Shown here one piece after another: positions 52,969-63,012 of a DNA stretch of 64,000 nucleotides. A program made the position numbers and the translations under genes. The notes under the pieces were generated by a model that had not been told where the DNA came from, made no database searches, and saw only the letters and a program-made list of their open reading frames with translations. Source of the stretch: an uncultured Candidatus Actinomarina sp. (GTDB lineage: Bacteria > Actinomycetota > Acidimicrobiia > Actinomarinales > Actinomarinaceae); assembly GCA_902510055.1 (NCBI GenBank), contig CABWZY010000001.1:64212-128211 (forward strand), written 5' to 3'. Position 1 is the stretch's first letter. Every line of letters starts with the position of its first letter.

Positions 52969-53929
52969 ACAATGATTCATTTAAACTATCTAAAAGATAA
53001 GTAAGAATTTCTTCTAGTTCATTAATTTGGTAAAATTTACCATTTATTATAATTGAAACAGATTTTGTATTTTTTAAAAGACTTGAAGCTCTTCCTACAA
53101 TAGGGATATTAAATCTATCTTGGATAGACTCACTTAGCTTTTTACCAATAATGCTTTCAGAAAAACTTCCTTTGAAGTATTCGATCAAACTTTCATCAGA
53201 ACTCTTAAAAGAAACAAAAAGGGCTGGTTGTTTATTATTTACGTAATTTATAATATTTTCTTCTTCTATTTTCTCACCGGCCTCAGAGGCAAAAGAAGCA
53301 AGAATATTTTTTTCTAAACATAGGTTTCTTGTTTTTTCATAAATAGCAACTTGGTCTTTATAGCTTCCAAAGTTTGGAAAATTAAAAGAAACAGAATATC
53401 CAATGCTTCCTGTCATAAAACCAGGTGAAATTGTTTTAATTGCTTCGTTTAGTGAAGTATCAAAGCCAGGTCTTATAAGCTTTCTAATTTCTTCAACAGT
53501 ATTTAAACCCACAGTTCCATCTACATCAAGACCCCTATTTTCTTGGAACTTAACTACAGAAGATACAACTTCATTTGTAAAGATCCCATTAATAGGTTCT
53601 GAGTAAAAACCTAGCCTAGATAAAAGTTCTTGGAGCTCTTCAATATCTGCTCCATAAAGGGCTGGATTTGCTTTTGTTAAAATCCTATCTCCAAGCTTGT
53701 ATCCGTAATTCACCAACTCCATCCAAAGTTCCTCCTTTGTTGAGAGGTTTTCAATACTTCTATCTTCTAAAAATAAAGAAAGAATAGATTTAATTTCAGC
53801 TTTTTCTTCTGTTGATGAATACCCAACATAATTTAACCTTTCTTTAAGATCTTGTAATTCAACCTCTGAAAGTTCGTCTACAAAAGAGAGAGATTCTAGA
53901 TTAATGGTCAAGCCACCTCTCGGCATCAA
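52961..53929 (-). CDS. CwlM-like protein (peptidoglycan-binding domain plus a degenerate amidase_3-like C-terminal domain)
   Basis: Has a PG_binding_1 pattern (IEELQELLSRLGFY...VVKFQENRGLDVDGTVG). Its position after trxB matches mycobacterial cwlM. I did not recognise catalytic residues. Confidence 0.45.
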   Translation of the reverse strand: MMPRGGLTINLESLSFVDELSEVELQDLKERLNYVGYSSTEEKAEIKSILSLFLEDRSIENLSTKEELWMELVNYGYKLGDRILTKANPALYGADIEELQELLSRLGFYSEPINGIFTNEVVSSVVKFQENRGLDVDGTVGLNTVEEIRKLIRPGFDTSLNEAIKTISPGFMTGSIGYSVSFNFPNFGSYKDQVAIYEKTRNLCLEKNILASFASEAGEKIEEENIINYVNNKQPALFVSFKSSDESLIEYFKGSFSESIIGKKLSESIQDRFNIPIVGRASSLLKNTKSVSIIINGKFYQINELEEILTYLLDSLNESLST

Positions 53930-54815
53930 TTGCCGCCTGACATCCGGTACCTGCAGCGGTTACTGCCTGTCTATAAACTGAATCAGCAACATCTCCAGCT
54001 GCAAAGATTCCCGGTACAGAAGTACTGGTATCAGTTGTGAAACCTGTTTTTATGTATCCTTTTTCATCTAGGTCGACTAAACCATCTAAGAAAGATACAT
54101 TTGGCGTGTGACCAATAGCCATAAACACTCCATCTATATTTAACTTTGAAGAAGAACCATTTAGGGTGTCTTTAAGAGATACAGATTCTACACTTTGATT
54201 TCCATGAATTTCAATTAATTCTTTATTCCAAAGCACCTCAATTTTTTCATTATTTAAAACCCTGTCTTGCATGATTTTGCTAGCTCTAAAAGAGTCCCTT
54301 CTGTGCACAATGTACACTTTTGTTGCAAATTTTGTTAAGAAAAGAGCTTCCTCCATAGCTGAATCACCACCACCAACTACAATTACTTCTTTTTCTTTAA
54401 AAAAGAAACCATCACAAGTAGCACATGCGGAAACACCGTGGCCTTGAAGTTCTTTCTCTCCTTTTACATTAAGCCATTTAGCAGAGGCCCCGGAGGAGAT
54501 AATTACTGATTTAAATTCATAAGTATCTTTTCCACTTTCAAGTTTAAATCCACCATCAATTTTTTCTATTTTATTAATTGTTTCGGTTTTAATTTGGGTT
54601 CCAAACCTTTCAGCCTGTTGTTTAAATATCTGCATCAAATCAGGTCCCATTATCCCAGAATCAAAACCAGGATAATTTTCGACGTCTGTTGTTAACATAA
54701 GCTGACCACCAGATTCTAGACCTTCAAAAAGGACAGGTCCTAAGCTTGCTCTTGAAGCATAAATGCCAGCAGTATAACCAGCAGGACCTGAACCAATGAT
54801 TGCTAAATTATGCAT
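53901..54815 (-). CDS. trxB: Thioredoxin-disulfide reductase
   Basis: Has GSGPAGYTAG FAD and GGGDSA NADPH motifs, and a CATCDG redox centre. Confidence 0.95.
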   Translation of the reverse strand: MHNLAIIGSGPAGYTAGIYASRASLGPVLFEGLESGGQLMLTTDVENYPGFDSGIMGPDLMQIFKQQAERFGTQIKTETINKIEKIDGGFKLESGKDTYEFKSVIISSGASAKWLNVKGEKELQGHGVSACATCDGFFFKEKEVIVVGGGDSAMEEALFLTKFATKVYIVHRRDSFRASKIMQDRVLNNEKIEVLWNKELIEIHGNQSVESVSLKDTLNGSSSKLNIDGVFMAIGHTPNVSFLDGLVDLDEKGYIKTGFTTDTSTSVPGIFAAGDVADSVYRQAVTAAGTGCQAAIDAERWLDH

Positions 54816-55110
54816 TTCTCTTCTTTCTATAATTGTTTAAAGATAAAAATAAAAAAACTAAACCAAGTGCAGCTAAAGCGAAACCAGTTGGATTAACTCC
54901 AAGCAACACACCAAGTCCTTGCATTATTTTAATTACTCCCATAAATAAAAAAACCAGAGATGTTAATAAAAGAACAACAAGCAATAAACCAAGACTGGCA
55001 AACCCCGTAAAACGCTGAATAGGCCTGACAATAAGTTCTTTTATTGTTTTTATTAGACCATCTACCGATTCTACAAAACTATCTTCTTCCATATTGCTAT
55101 GATAAGCCAA
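54808..55110 (-). CDS. Small two-TM membrane protein (possibly Holin-X/DUF1469-like)
   Basis: 100 aa with two long hydrophobic helices and a basic C-terminus. It overlaps the trxB start by 8 nt. Confidence 0.4.
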   Translation of the reverse strand: MAYHSNMEEDSFVESVDGLIKTIKELIVRPIQRFTGFASLGLLLVVLLLTSLVFLFMGVIKIMQGLGVLLGVNPTGFALAALGLVFLFLSLNNYRKKRNA

Positions 55111-55131
55111 TTAAGTTTATTAAGGAACTCT

Positions 55132-55854
55132 TTAAGTTTCGTTTTGAATAAAAGAACTCATTATGATTAGTTTTCTTTTAGAAACACTGAAAGAGTATTT
55201 TGTATAGAGACCTAAAGCAGCCTCATTATTTTCTTGTGTGTTTAGTTTCATCTTTTTATAATTTTTTGATTTGGCAAACAATAAAATATATTGGAGTAAT
55301 TCTTTACCTAAACCTTGATTTTGAAATGATTTATCAATACCAAACCTTTGAAGGTAAGTAAAGCCACGAGTCTCACCAAGAATTGCATACCCTCTCAATG
55401 CACTACCTGAAAAGATCTTAAACAAATAATTGTTATTACAACTCTTCATTGTTTCAATAAAATTTGAATAAGAATTCTTCCAATATGGGTCAAAGATATT
55501 ACCATCTATTTTTAATAAACTTTCTATGTCTGACAAGTTAAATATTTTATGCTCTATTGGTTTGTCATTATTTTGGCTAGTTTTTTTAATATTCTTAAGA
55601 TTTGATTCACAAATAAGCAAACTATGTTTTTCAACCCACCCAGATTCCAACCATTTTTTTGCTTCGTTTTGATTAATCATTGAAGAGTTAAAAGACAACC
55701 CCAATTCTTTTGATTGTTTATTTATATTTTTGAGAAGATGCTTACCTCCAAGAATCTTCTCAAAATAAATACAGTCAACAAAAGCATTCCACTTTCTTGT
55801 ATAAAAAGAACCGTTTATTTTAAGATTTAATCTTTTTTCATTTGTTAAATACAT
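55132..55854 (-). CDS. GNAT-family N-acetyltransferase
   Basis: Has a C-terminal acetyl-CoA motif, RFGIDKSFQNQGLGKELL. Confidence 0.65.
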   Translation of the reverse strand: MYLTNEKRLNLKINGSFYTRKWNAFVDCIYFEKILGGKHLLKNINKQSKELGLSFNSSMINQNEAKKWLESGWVEKHSLLICESNLKNIKKTSQNNDKPIEHKIFNLSDIESLLKIDGNIFDPYWKNSYSNFIETMKSCNNNYLFKIFSGSALRGYAILGETRGFTYLQRFGIDKSFQNQGLGKELLQYILLFAKSKNYKKMKLNTQENNEAALGLYTKYSFSVSKRKLIIMSSFIQNET

Positions 55855-56266
55855 ATTTTAAAATTTTTTTATCTTCATCATAAGTTAACAAATCAAGAGC
55901 CTTTTTTTCTGAAACAATAGCTATTTCCTCAATTTCGTGATCTGGTTCTTTTACAAACTCCTTTATAACCATCATTTCATAAAACCAAACTGTTTTTTGA
56001 ATGGTTTCCCCATATTCAATCGAGTATCTTGATTCAGCTACAGGTTTTTCATCAAGACATTTAACCTGAAATCCTGTTTCTTCAAAAACTTCTCTTTCAG
56101 CAGCCTCAAGAGGTGTTTCGCCTTCTTCTAAATGACCTTTTGGAAAACCCCAAAATCCAGAGCTGTAATTTTTTTCATATTCTTTTCTTAGGCGATTTTT
56201 TACTATAAGGACCTTATTGTTTATTAAAACTATCCCACCTGCTGCAAAATCTACTTTAGAATTCAT
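55838..56266 (-). CDS. NUDIX hydrolase
   Basis: Has the Nudix box GHLEEGETPLEAAEREVFEETG. Confidence 0.85.
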   Translation of the reverse strand: MNSKVDFAAGGIVLINNKVLIVKNRLRKEYEKNYSSGFWGFPKGHLEEGETPLEAAEREVFEETGFQVKCLDEKPVAESRYSIEYGETIQKTVWFYEMMVIKEFVKEPDHEIEEIAIVSEKKALDLLTYDEDKKILKYVFNK

Positions 56267-56302
56267 CCTTTATTCTTCCAATTCTTCTTCTAAGCTAACA
56301 AT

Positions 56303-57676
56303 ATGGTACCAACAACATTAATAAAAACTTTAGATGAAAAACCTTTTTTGAAACAGGTTGCATCTTCCTATGCAGAAGCTGGCTTTGAAATATATCTTGT
56401 TGGAGGAGCTGTTAGAGACGGAATCTTAGGAATAGAGACAAATGATTTTGACTTCACAACAAACGCAAGCCCAGAGGAATCTTTAAAGTTACTTCATAAA
56501 AACGGTTATAAAACAACAGAAATAGGAAAAGCTTTTGGAACAGTAGAAACACGAATTGAAGAATATTCTCTTCACATAACAACATATAGAGAAGATACAT
56601 ATGATAAAGATTCAAGAAAACCCGAAATTAAAACATCTAAAGATCTAGATACAGACCTAAGCAGGAGAGACTTTACAGTTAATGCTATTGCATATGACAT
56701 AAATATAAATAAAATTATCGATCCATATAGTGGAATGAAAGATCTTTCAAAAGGAATAATAAGAACACCAGACAGCCCTCATATTTCCTTTTCGGACGAT
56801 CCATTAAGAATGCTTAGAGCTTGTAGGTTTATAAGCACACATGGGTTTACACCAAACAATGATATTTTTGAAGCGATTTCAAAAAACCTTGAGAGAATAG
56901 AAATAGTAAGCATTGAAAGAATAAGAGATGAGATTACCAAACTACTTACAGGAGAAAATCCATCATTAGGATTAAAAGCTTTTGTAGAGAGCGGCCTAAG
57001 TCAGTTAATAATGCCTGAGTTAAATGAATTAAAAATTGAAGTGGACCCTGAACATCACCACAAAGACGTATATGAACATACAATGGTTGTTGTAGACAGA
57101 GTTTCTCCAACGCTTATTTCTAGAATGTCAGCACTTCTTCACGATATAGGAAAACCAAAAACTAAAGGAATTGAAAACGGGAAGGTGCATTTTAGGCATC
57201 ATGAGGTTGTTGGTTCGAAAATGAGTAAAGGAATTATGAAGAGGCTTAAATACGATAAAAATACGATAAACAACGTAGCTCTCTTGGTAGAAAACCACCT
57301 TAGACCACACACCTTCAAGATGGGCTGGACAGATTCAGCAGTAAGAAGATACATAATTGACGCAGGAGATCTAATGATTGAGTTAAATGAACTAGTCAGG
57401 GCAGATATTACAACAAAGAATAAAGAAAAATATGAAGAGATAAACAAGTATTTAGACGAGATGGAAGAAAGAATAAAAGAAGTAAATGAAAAAGAAGAGT
57501 TATCTAAATTGAGACCACCTATTTCTGGTAATGAGATAATGGAAATGTTTAGCTTAGAACCAGGCCCTGATGTTGGAAAGATTATGAAAGCCCTGTATGA
57601 GCAAAGAATCAATGATGGAGAGGTTTCTAAAGAAGAAGCAACTAAGTTAGCTGAAGAAGTTTATAAGAAATTATAA
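56303..57676 (+). CDS. cca: CCA-adding tRNA nucleotidyltransferase with HD domain
   Basis: Has a GGAVRD motif, DFD..T, an RRDFT.NA motif, and later an HD domain (LLHDIGKP). Confidence 0.85.
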   Translation: MVPTTLIKTLDEKPFLKQVASSYAEAGFEIYLVGGAVRDGILGIETNDFDFTTNASPEESLKLLHKNGYKTTEIGKAFGTVETRIEEYSLHITTYREDTYDKDSRKPEIKTSKDLDTDLSRRDFTVNAIAYDININKIIDPYSGMKDLSKGIIRTPDSPHISFSDDPLRMLRACRFISTHGFTPNNDIFEAISKNLERIEIVSIERIRDEITKLLTGENPSLGLKAFVESGLSQLIMPELNELKIEVDPEHHHKDVYEHTMVVVDRVSPTLISRMSALLHDIGKPKTKGIENGKVHFRHHEVVGSKMSKGIMKRLKYDKNTINNVALLVENHLRPHTFKMGWTDSAVRRYIIDAGDLMIELNELVRADITTKNKEKYEEINKYLDEMEERIKEVNEKEELSKLRPPISGNEIMEMFSLEPGPDVGKIMKALYEQRINDGEVSKEEATKLAEEVYKKL

Positions 57677-57739
57677 AAAAACTACTTTATTAATTTCAAT
57701 ATAGTAAAGTTGCCTAGTCTAAAAAATATAAGGAGAAAC

Positions 57740-57937
57740 ATGCCTAAGGGCAAAGTTAAATGGTTTAACCAAACTAAAGGATACGGATTCATAGCTCCAG
57801 ACGAAGGAGATAAGGATGTATTCGTACACATAACTGCGGTTAGAGACTCTGGAATGCAAAATCTTGAAGAAGATCAAGAAGTAGAGTTCGAAATTGTAGA
57901 AAAAGATGGTAAAGCCTCAGCTGAAAACCTAAAGTAA
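57740..57937 (+). CDS. Cold-shock protein (CspA family)
   Basis: [18 protein letters not shown] carries RNP1 and VFVHITA carries RNP2. I used the internal ATG, giving 65 aa. Confidence 0.9.
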   Translation: MPKGKVKWFNQTKGYGFIAPDEGDKDVFVHITAVRDSGMQNLEEDQEVEFEIVEKDGKASAENLK

Positions 57938-58007
57938 GGTTCTAATTACTTAGATCTAAAATACTACTAGCAATTTTCACTACATATACATTATTCTTAA
58001 TCAAAGA

Positions 58008-59429
58008 ATGAACATATCACGAAAAAATAGAGAGCGATTAGCTAATGAGATAGTTAATGGTGCTGTATTGATACATGGAAACAATTCCATGTATAGAAAT
58101 AATGATGTCGCATATCCTTTTAGGCAAGATTCAAATTTTCATTACTTAACAGAATGGCCCGAGCCCGATGCACATGCTGTAATTGTCATAGAGGACAGTA
58201 AGCCAGAGTTATATTTATTCGTTCAAGATAGAAACTTAGAAATGGAAACATGGGACGGAAAAAGAATTGGACAAAAAGGAGCAGTTGATAAATATAATGC
58301 AAAAGCAGCATTTTCGAATACTGACTACCCAAAGAAACTTTCTGAACTGTTAAAAGGTGTAGAAAATATTTATTGTGATTATTCCAGTACAAAATTTCAA
58401 AAATATGACCAAAAAGCTCTTAGTTTTGCAGTTCCTTATGATCAGAGAGGTTTAGATTTTAGTAAAGCAACCTTGCATGCATTATCTCCAATACTTTCTG
58501 AGCTTAGACTAGTAAAGGATAAAGAAGAGATTGACTTACTAACAAAAGCATGCGATATAACTGTAGAAGGACATAAGGTTGCTATGAAAATTACTAAAGC
58601 TGGAATGTTTGAATACCAAGTAGCAGCAGAGATGGAAAAAACATTTTACGACCTAGGAGCAGAGAGGCTCGGATACCCATCAATAGTTGCGTCAGGAGAC
58701 AATGCTTGTATTCTTCACTACTCAACAAACAGAGAGAGAATTTCAGAGAATTCTTTGCTTCTAATTGATGCAGCAGGAGAATATGGAATGTTCTCATCTG
58801 ACGTAACAAGAACTTTTCCAGTTAGTGGAAAGTTCTCTTCAGAACAAAAGGATGTATATATAGAAGTATTAAAAGCTCAAAGCTTAGGAATTGAAAGTGT
58901 TACAACAGAAAATACAATGCAAGACATCCACCAAATTACTGTTAAGTCTATTTCGGAGTCTTTAGTTAACTTAGGCCTTGTTCCAATGGGTATTGACGAA
59001 ACAACTTCTATGATGCACTATTTTGAATATTTTATGCATGGTACAGGTCACTGGCTTGGTTTAGACGTACATGATGCAGGAAGCACTGAAAAGGATGAAG
59101 AGCCAAGAAAATTGGAACCAGGGATGGTTACAACAATTGAACCAGGAATTTATATAAGACCAAATAAACCAGTTATTGAGTTTCCATTACTTGAAAGAGA
59201 TCCAGTAAAAATTAAGGACAGAAGAAAAGAAATCGGGATGGAAGAAGCAACAAAGCTTGAGCAAGAAGAAATAAAAAATGCTAAAACAGTAAAACACGAA
59301 GTTCCAAAAAACTTATTAGGAATAGGAGTAAGAATTGAAGATGATATCGTATGTACAGAAAAAGAACCTATTAACTTAACAAAAGGGGTTCCTACATCAG
59401 TAGAAGAAATAGAAGCAATCTGTAGCTAA
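58008..59429 (+). CDS. pepP: Xaa-Pro aminopeptidase (M24B)
   Basis: Has an N-terminal AMP_N pattern (YPFRQDSNFHYLT) and the metal ligands D...D...HGTGHWLG...E...E. Confidence 0.85.
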   Translation: MNISRKNRERLANEIVNGAVLIHGNNSMYRNNDVAYPFRQDSNFHYLTEWPEPDAHAVIVIEDSKPELYLFVQDRNLEMETWDGKRIGQKGAVDKYNAKAAFSNTDYPKKLSELLKGVENIYCDYSSTKFQKYDQKALSFAVPYDQRGLDFSKATLHALSPILSELRLVKDKEEIDLLTKACDITVEGHKVAMKITKAGMFEYQVAAEMEKTFYDLGAERLGYPSIVASGDNACILHYSTNRERISENSLLLIDAAGEYGMFSSDVTRTFPVSGKFSSEQKDVYIEVLKAQSLGIESVTTENTMQDIHQITVKSISESLVNLGLVPMGIDETTSMMHYFEYFMHGTGHWLGLDVHDAGSTEKDEEPRKLEPGMVTTIEPGIYIRPNKPVIEFPLLERDPVKIKDRRKEIGMEEATKLEQEEIKNAKTVKHEVPKNLLGIGVRIEDDIVCTEKEPINLTKGVPTSVEEIEAICS

Positions 59430-59432
59430 ATA

Positions 59433-60197
59433 ATGGTTTCGCCAAGATTTGTTTATTCTTTATATGAATCACGCCTTCAAAAAAGGCTACCAAAAGAAGA
59501 TCTTCCAAATCATATTGGATTAATACACGATGGGCACAGAAGGTATGCTCGGAGGGAAAACCTTCTAAGTTATGAGGTTTCGTACAAGATAGGAATGGTT
59601 AGGTTCAAAGAATGTCTTTCTTGGTGTGATGAACTAGGCATCAGTTATGTTACTAGTTGGTTGTTATCAAGAGAAAATTTATTACGGTCAGAAGAGGAGC
59701 TTGAAGCATACTTTATAGTTTTAAATGAGCTTTTCGAAGAACTTATTATTGACGATCTTGTTGATAATTTTAAAATTCAATTTATTGGAAGTACAGATCT
59801 CCTTCCTGGTTATTTAAAAGAAACTATAACCAGGCTTCAAGAGGTAAGAGGGGGTGGAGAAAAAACCCTAACAATCGCTCTTGGGTATGGAGGAAGGCAG
59901 GAAATTATTGATGCAATAAAGAGTCTTGTTATTGAAAACAAAGGAAAAGACCCTGAAGGTTTGGTTGAAGAGATTAATGATGAACAGATTAGAGAACATC
60001 TTTATTTACCTGATGCGCCTGATGTTGATTTAGTAATTAGAACTAGTGGCGAATCAAGACTTTCAGGATTTTTACTTTGGCAAAGCACATATTCAGAATT
60101 TGTTTTCCAGGATGTTTATTGGCCGGAGTTTAGAAAGATTGATTTTCTTAGATGTCTGAGAGAATATACACAAAGAGAAAGAAGATTTGGGAAATAA
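59433..60197 (+). CDS. cis-Prenyltransferase (UPP synthase family), divergent P-loop
   Basis: Has the UPPS fold motifs, but reads HIGLIHDGHRRYA where the consensus is H.AIIMDGN.RWA. It also has C-terminal RTSGE.RLS.FLLWQ and R.FG motifs. Confidence 0.8.
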   Translation: MVSPRFVYSLYESRLQKRLPKEDLPNHIGLIHDGHRRYARRENLLSYEVSYKIGMVRFKECLSWCDELGISYVTSWLLSRENLLRSEEELEAYFIVLNELFEELIIDDLVDNFKIQFIGSTDLLPGYLKETITRLQEVRGGGEKTLTIALGYGGRQEIIDAIKSLVIENKGKDPEGLVEEINDEQIREHLYLPDAPDVDLVIRTSGESRLSGFLLWQSTYSEFVFQDVYWPEFRKIDFLRCLREYTQRERRFGK

Positions 60198-60237
60198 TTA
60201 GTAAACATTCCTTGTGGTTTGTTTACTATTGATAGAT

Positions 60238-61506
60238 ATGAATATCATAGAGACTCTTAATCAGCTAAATTTTACTTCTTTATTTTTGATTTTCATCATA
60301 TCAAAACTACTTATTGAAACTTATTTAAAAATAAGAAATATTAATTCAATCAATAGAAACAAAGAAAAGATCCCAGAAAGATTTATAGAAGTAGTTACTG
60401 AGGAAGAATATAAAAAATCTATTAATTACAACATTGAAAGAATTAGATTTTCAGTCTTAGTTTCAGTATTCGGAGTTGGTGTGCTGTTGTTTTTTACTAT
60501 CGGTGGAATGTTGAATAATTTAACGCTATTTGTTCAAGGAATAACTGGTTCAAATATAGTAGGAGCTATATTACTGGGTCTTTTACTCATTATTATTAGT
60601 GAAATTATTGAAATACCTCTCGCAATATATTCAACATTTTACATTGAGGAGAAATATGGATTTAACAAGACAACCACAAAAACATTCGTAACTGATTTGC
60701 TTAAAAATCTTTTAATACAGAGTATTTTTGCTTCAATACTTTATGCTGTTGTAATTTCAATAATTGAAAACCTTGGAAACAACTGGTGGATCTATGCTTT
60801 TGCTGCTGTGTTTTCCCTCCAGTTAATAATCTTTTATATTTATCCAGTCTTAATCCTTCCACTTTTTAACAAATTTGAACCTCTTGAAGATGAGAAATTC
60901 AAGAAACCTATAGAGAGACTATTAGAAGAGATTCGCTTCAAGGCCAAAGGTTTGTTTGTAATGGATGGGAGTCTTAGGAGTTCACACGGCAATGCTTTCT
61001 TTACTGGTTTTGGAAACAATAAGAGAATAGTTTTTTATGATACTTTATTAGAAACTATTACGCCTGATGAAATGGAGTCCATCCTTGGTCACGAATTAGG
61101 ACATTACAAACTTGGACATATTAGAAAGACATTAATAAGTTCTATATTTTTTGGTTTTGCTGGTTTTTATTTTCTTGGCCAAGTTTTTCAGTCTGAAAAC
61201 TTTTTTTACGGACACGGTCTTGATGAATTAACAATATATTCAAAGTTTCTTTTATTTTATTTAGTAGTAGGCTCTTACACTTTCTTTACCAAACCAATTA
61301 CTTCATATATTTCAAGACAAAGAGAATTTGCAGCTGATGATTTCTCAATTCAATACACAAAAGGTGAGAGCATGATTTCCGGACTTCTTAAGCTTAGTAA
61401 AGATAATGCTTCAAACTTGACACCAGACCCTCTTTACAGTTCTTATTATTACTCACATCCACCAATAGCAGAACGAGTAAAGAGTTTAGAAACCAAATTA
61501 AATTAA
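60238..61506 (+). CDS. M48-family zinc metalloprotease, Ste24/CAAX-protease-like architecture
   Basis: Has about 7 TM segments, an HELGH zinc motif (ILGHELGHYKLGH) and a downstream E ligand region. I chose the internal ATG. Confidence 0.8.
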   Translation: MNIIETLNQLNFTSLFLIFIISKLLIETYLKIRNINSINRNKEKIPERFIEVVTEEEYKKSINYNIERIRFSVLVSVFGVGVLLFFTIGGMLNNLTLFVQGITGSNIVGAILLGLLLIIISEIIEIPLAIYSTFYIEEKYGFNKTTTKTFVTDLLKNLLIQSIFASILYAVVISIIENLGNNWWIYAFAAVFSLQLIIFYIYPVLILPLFNKFEPLEDEKFKKPIERLLEEIRFKAKGLFVMDGSLRSSHGNAFFTGFGNNKRIVFYDTLLETITPDEMESILGHELGHYKLGHIRKTLISSIFFGFAGFYFLGQVFQSENFFYGHGLDELTIYSKFLLFYLVVGSYTFFTKPITSYISRQREFAADDFSIQYTKGESMISGLLKLSKDNASNLTPDPLYSSYYYSHPPIAERVKSLETKLN

Positions 61507-61536
61507 AAATTTAGCACCTGTACGAACAATATTATT

Positions 61537-62778
61537 TTAAGGAACACTTAAAACAAACAGTGCCTGAAGAGTTAGAGCAACAGTTATAAATAGAAATATA
61601 TATTGTGTTTTATCACTTTTTTCATGACCAAAAAGCTTAACTGATAAATCATGAGCTAAAACAACGCTTAACATATGACCAAGCAAGGTAATAATTACTT
61701 GAATAGTCCAGAGTGCAACTGGAGATAAGAAATATACAACTGTTACATCATCTATTCCAAACAAATTAGCACCAGTTCCTATTGGGTCGTTGAGTCTGTA
61801 AAAAAAAGTTTGAGATTCAAAAAGTAATAAACTCAAATAATGAGTGACATGATAAGCAAAAGCAATTGGCAACATTGTATGAGCAAATGTTAAAGAGACT
61901 TCATTCAGTGAATAATCTGAGTTTGAAACTTTTATTGCGAAATAACAAGCAAAACGATAAAACGCAATTAAAAGTAAGTTTATACCTATAAAAGCAAGTG
62001 TTGAAAAAATTAGATCATAAACTCTTGTTCCAAACTGGTTATACCAAAACACCGTTCCCCTAAGCCCGTCGTAAGTAACCGTACCTATCATTAAAAGAAT
62101 AAAATATTCCATTCCTTTCAGTTTTGAAAGATTTGAAATATTTTGTAATAAATTTTTAAACACAGGTCTAGAATTAACAATTTTTAATTTGCTATACAGA
62201 TGGTGAAGCAACAAAAGAGGGTCTATTTCTATAGATGTTTTATTAAGAAATAATTTAAACCCATTCACTACAACAAAAAGCAAGAAGAAAACTATACCAA
62301 TATGAAATGGATTACCAGGTTTCCTCCATACAAGCTCAAACCAAGTAAGGCTTATAAATAAACCGCAAGCCACATACACAGAATTCGGTTTATTATCATT
62401 TGATAAAAATATATTTAAAGGATTAAATTTTGCATATAAGTCTCCAAACAAAAGACCCAAAACCGGGACACCAATCCATAAAAATATCCAGAGTATAAAA
62501 GGAGCCATTGAGGTTGTAGGCTCTTCGTTTCCAATTAGGCCAGGAGCAATAAGAAGGAATAAAATTATGAAGCCAAATAACTTACCATAGACACTTTGGT
62601 TATTACTAAAGAACCTCTCTTCAGAGGTTAAAATTGACTCTTTCCAAGAAATTTTTAGAAATACAAACGTTAAAACTATTACCCATGCAGAAACATTTAA
62701 TACAGTTTCAAAAGGTATAGGTAAATCCCCAACACTTCCAATGCCGTGATTTAATTTTGTTGATATAAGGTTTCTCAC
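61537..62778 (-). CDS. Polytopic membrane protein of unknown function
   Basis: 413 aa with about 10-11 TM segments and an N-terminal HGIGSVGDLPIP motif. I can name no family. Confidence 0.45.
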   Translation of the reverse strand: MRNLISTKLNHGIGSVGDLPIPFETVLNVSAWVIVLTFVFLKISWKESILTSEERFFSNNQSVYGKLFGFIILFLLIAPGLIGNEEPTTSMAPFILWIFLWIGVPVLGLLFGDLYAKFNPLNIFLSNDNKPNSVYVACGLFISLTWFELVWRKPGNPFHIGIVFFLLFVVVNGFKLFLNKTSIEIDPLLLLHHLYSKLKIVNSRPVFKNLLQNISNLSKLKGMEYFILLMIGTVTYDGLRGTVFWYNQFGTRVYDLIFSTLAFIGINLLLIAFYRFACYFAIKVSNSDYSLNEVSLTFAHTMLPIAFAYHVTHYLSLLLFESQTFFYRLNDPIGTGANLFGIDDVTVVYFLSPVALWTIQVIITLLGHMLSVVLAHDLSVKLFGHEKSDKTQYIFLFITVALTLQALFVLSVP

Positions 62779-62835
62779 TTTTTCCTTTTTATATACTAAT
62801 GATTAATTATAATTCAATTAAAGGAAGGAAAAATT

Positions 62836-63012
62836 ATGTGCGTAGTATGTAATGCAGCAATAGAATATAACGACTCAGCTTTATTGGCTGTAAGTACTGA
62901 TAGTAATGAATCTTTCACTATTCCAATAGTAAGAGGGCTTATAGAGAACCACAGTTTTGAAACTATTCAATCTCTATTAATCAAAGCTTCTTTAGTTGGA
63001 ATTATTTTTTAA
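62836..63012 (+). CDS. Small hypothetical protein (58 aa, N-terminal CxxC), below the ORF-track cutoff
   Basis: The ATG is preceded by a strong AAAGGAAGGA Shine-Dalgarno 8 nt upstream and a TATAAT-like hexamer. The sequence reads MCVVCNAAIEYNDS... Confidence 0.45.
   Translation: MCVVCNAAIEYNDSALLAVSTDSNESFTIPIVRGLIENHSFETIQSLLIKASLVGIIF

Noticed and set aside
62790-62812. A Fur-box-like AT-rich stretch (ACTAATGATTAATTATAAT) upstream of the 58-aa ORF.
   Set aside because: It matches only about 11 of 19 positions of the classical Fur box and is not a palindrome. In this composition that is expected by chance. The true operator is the perfect palindrome at 63464-63492.
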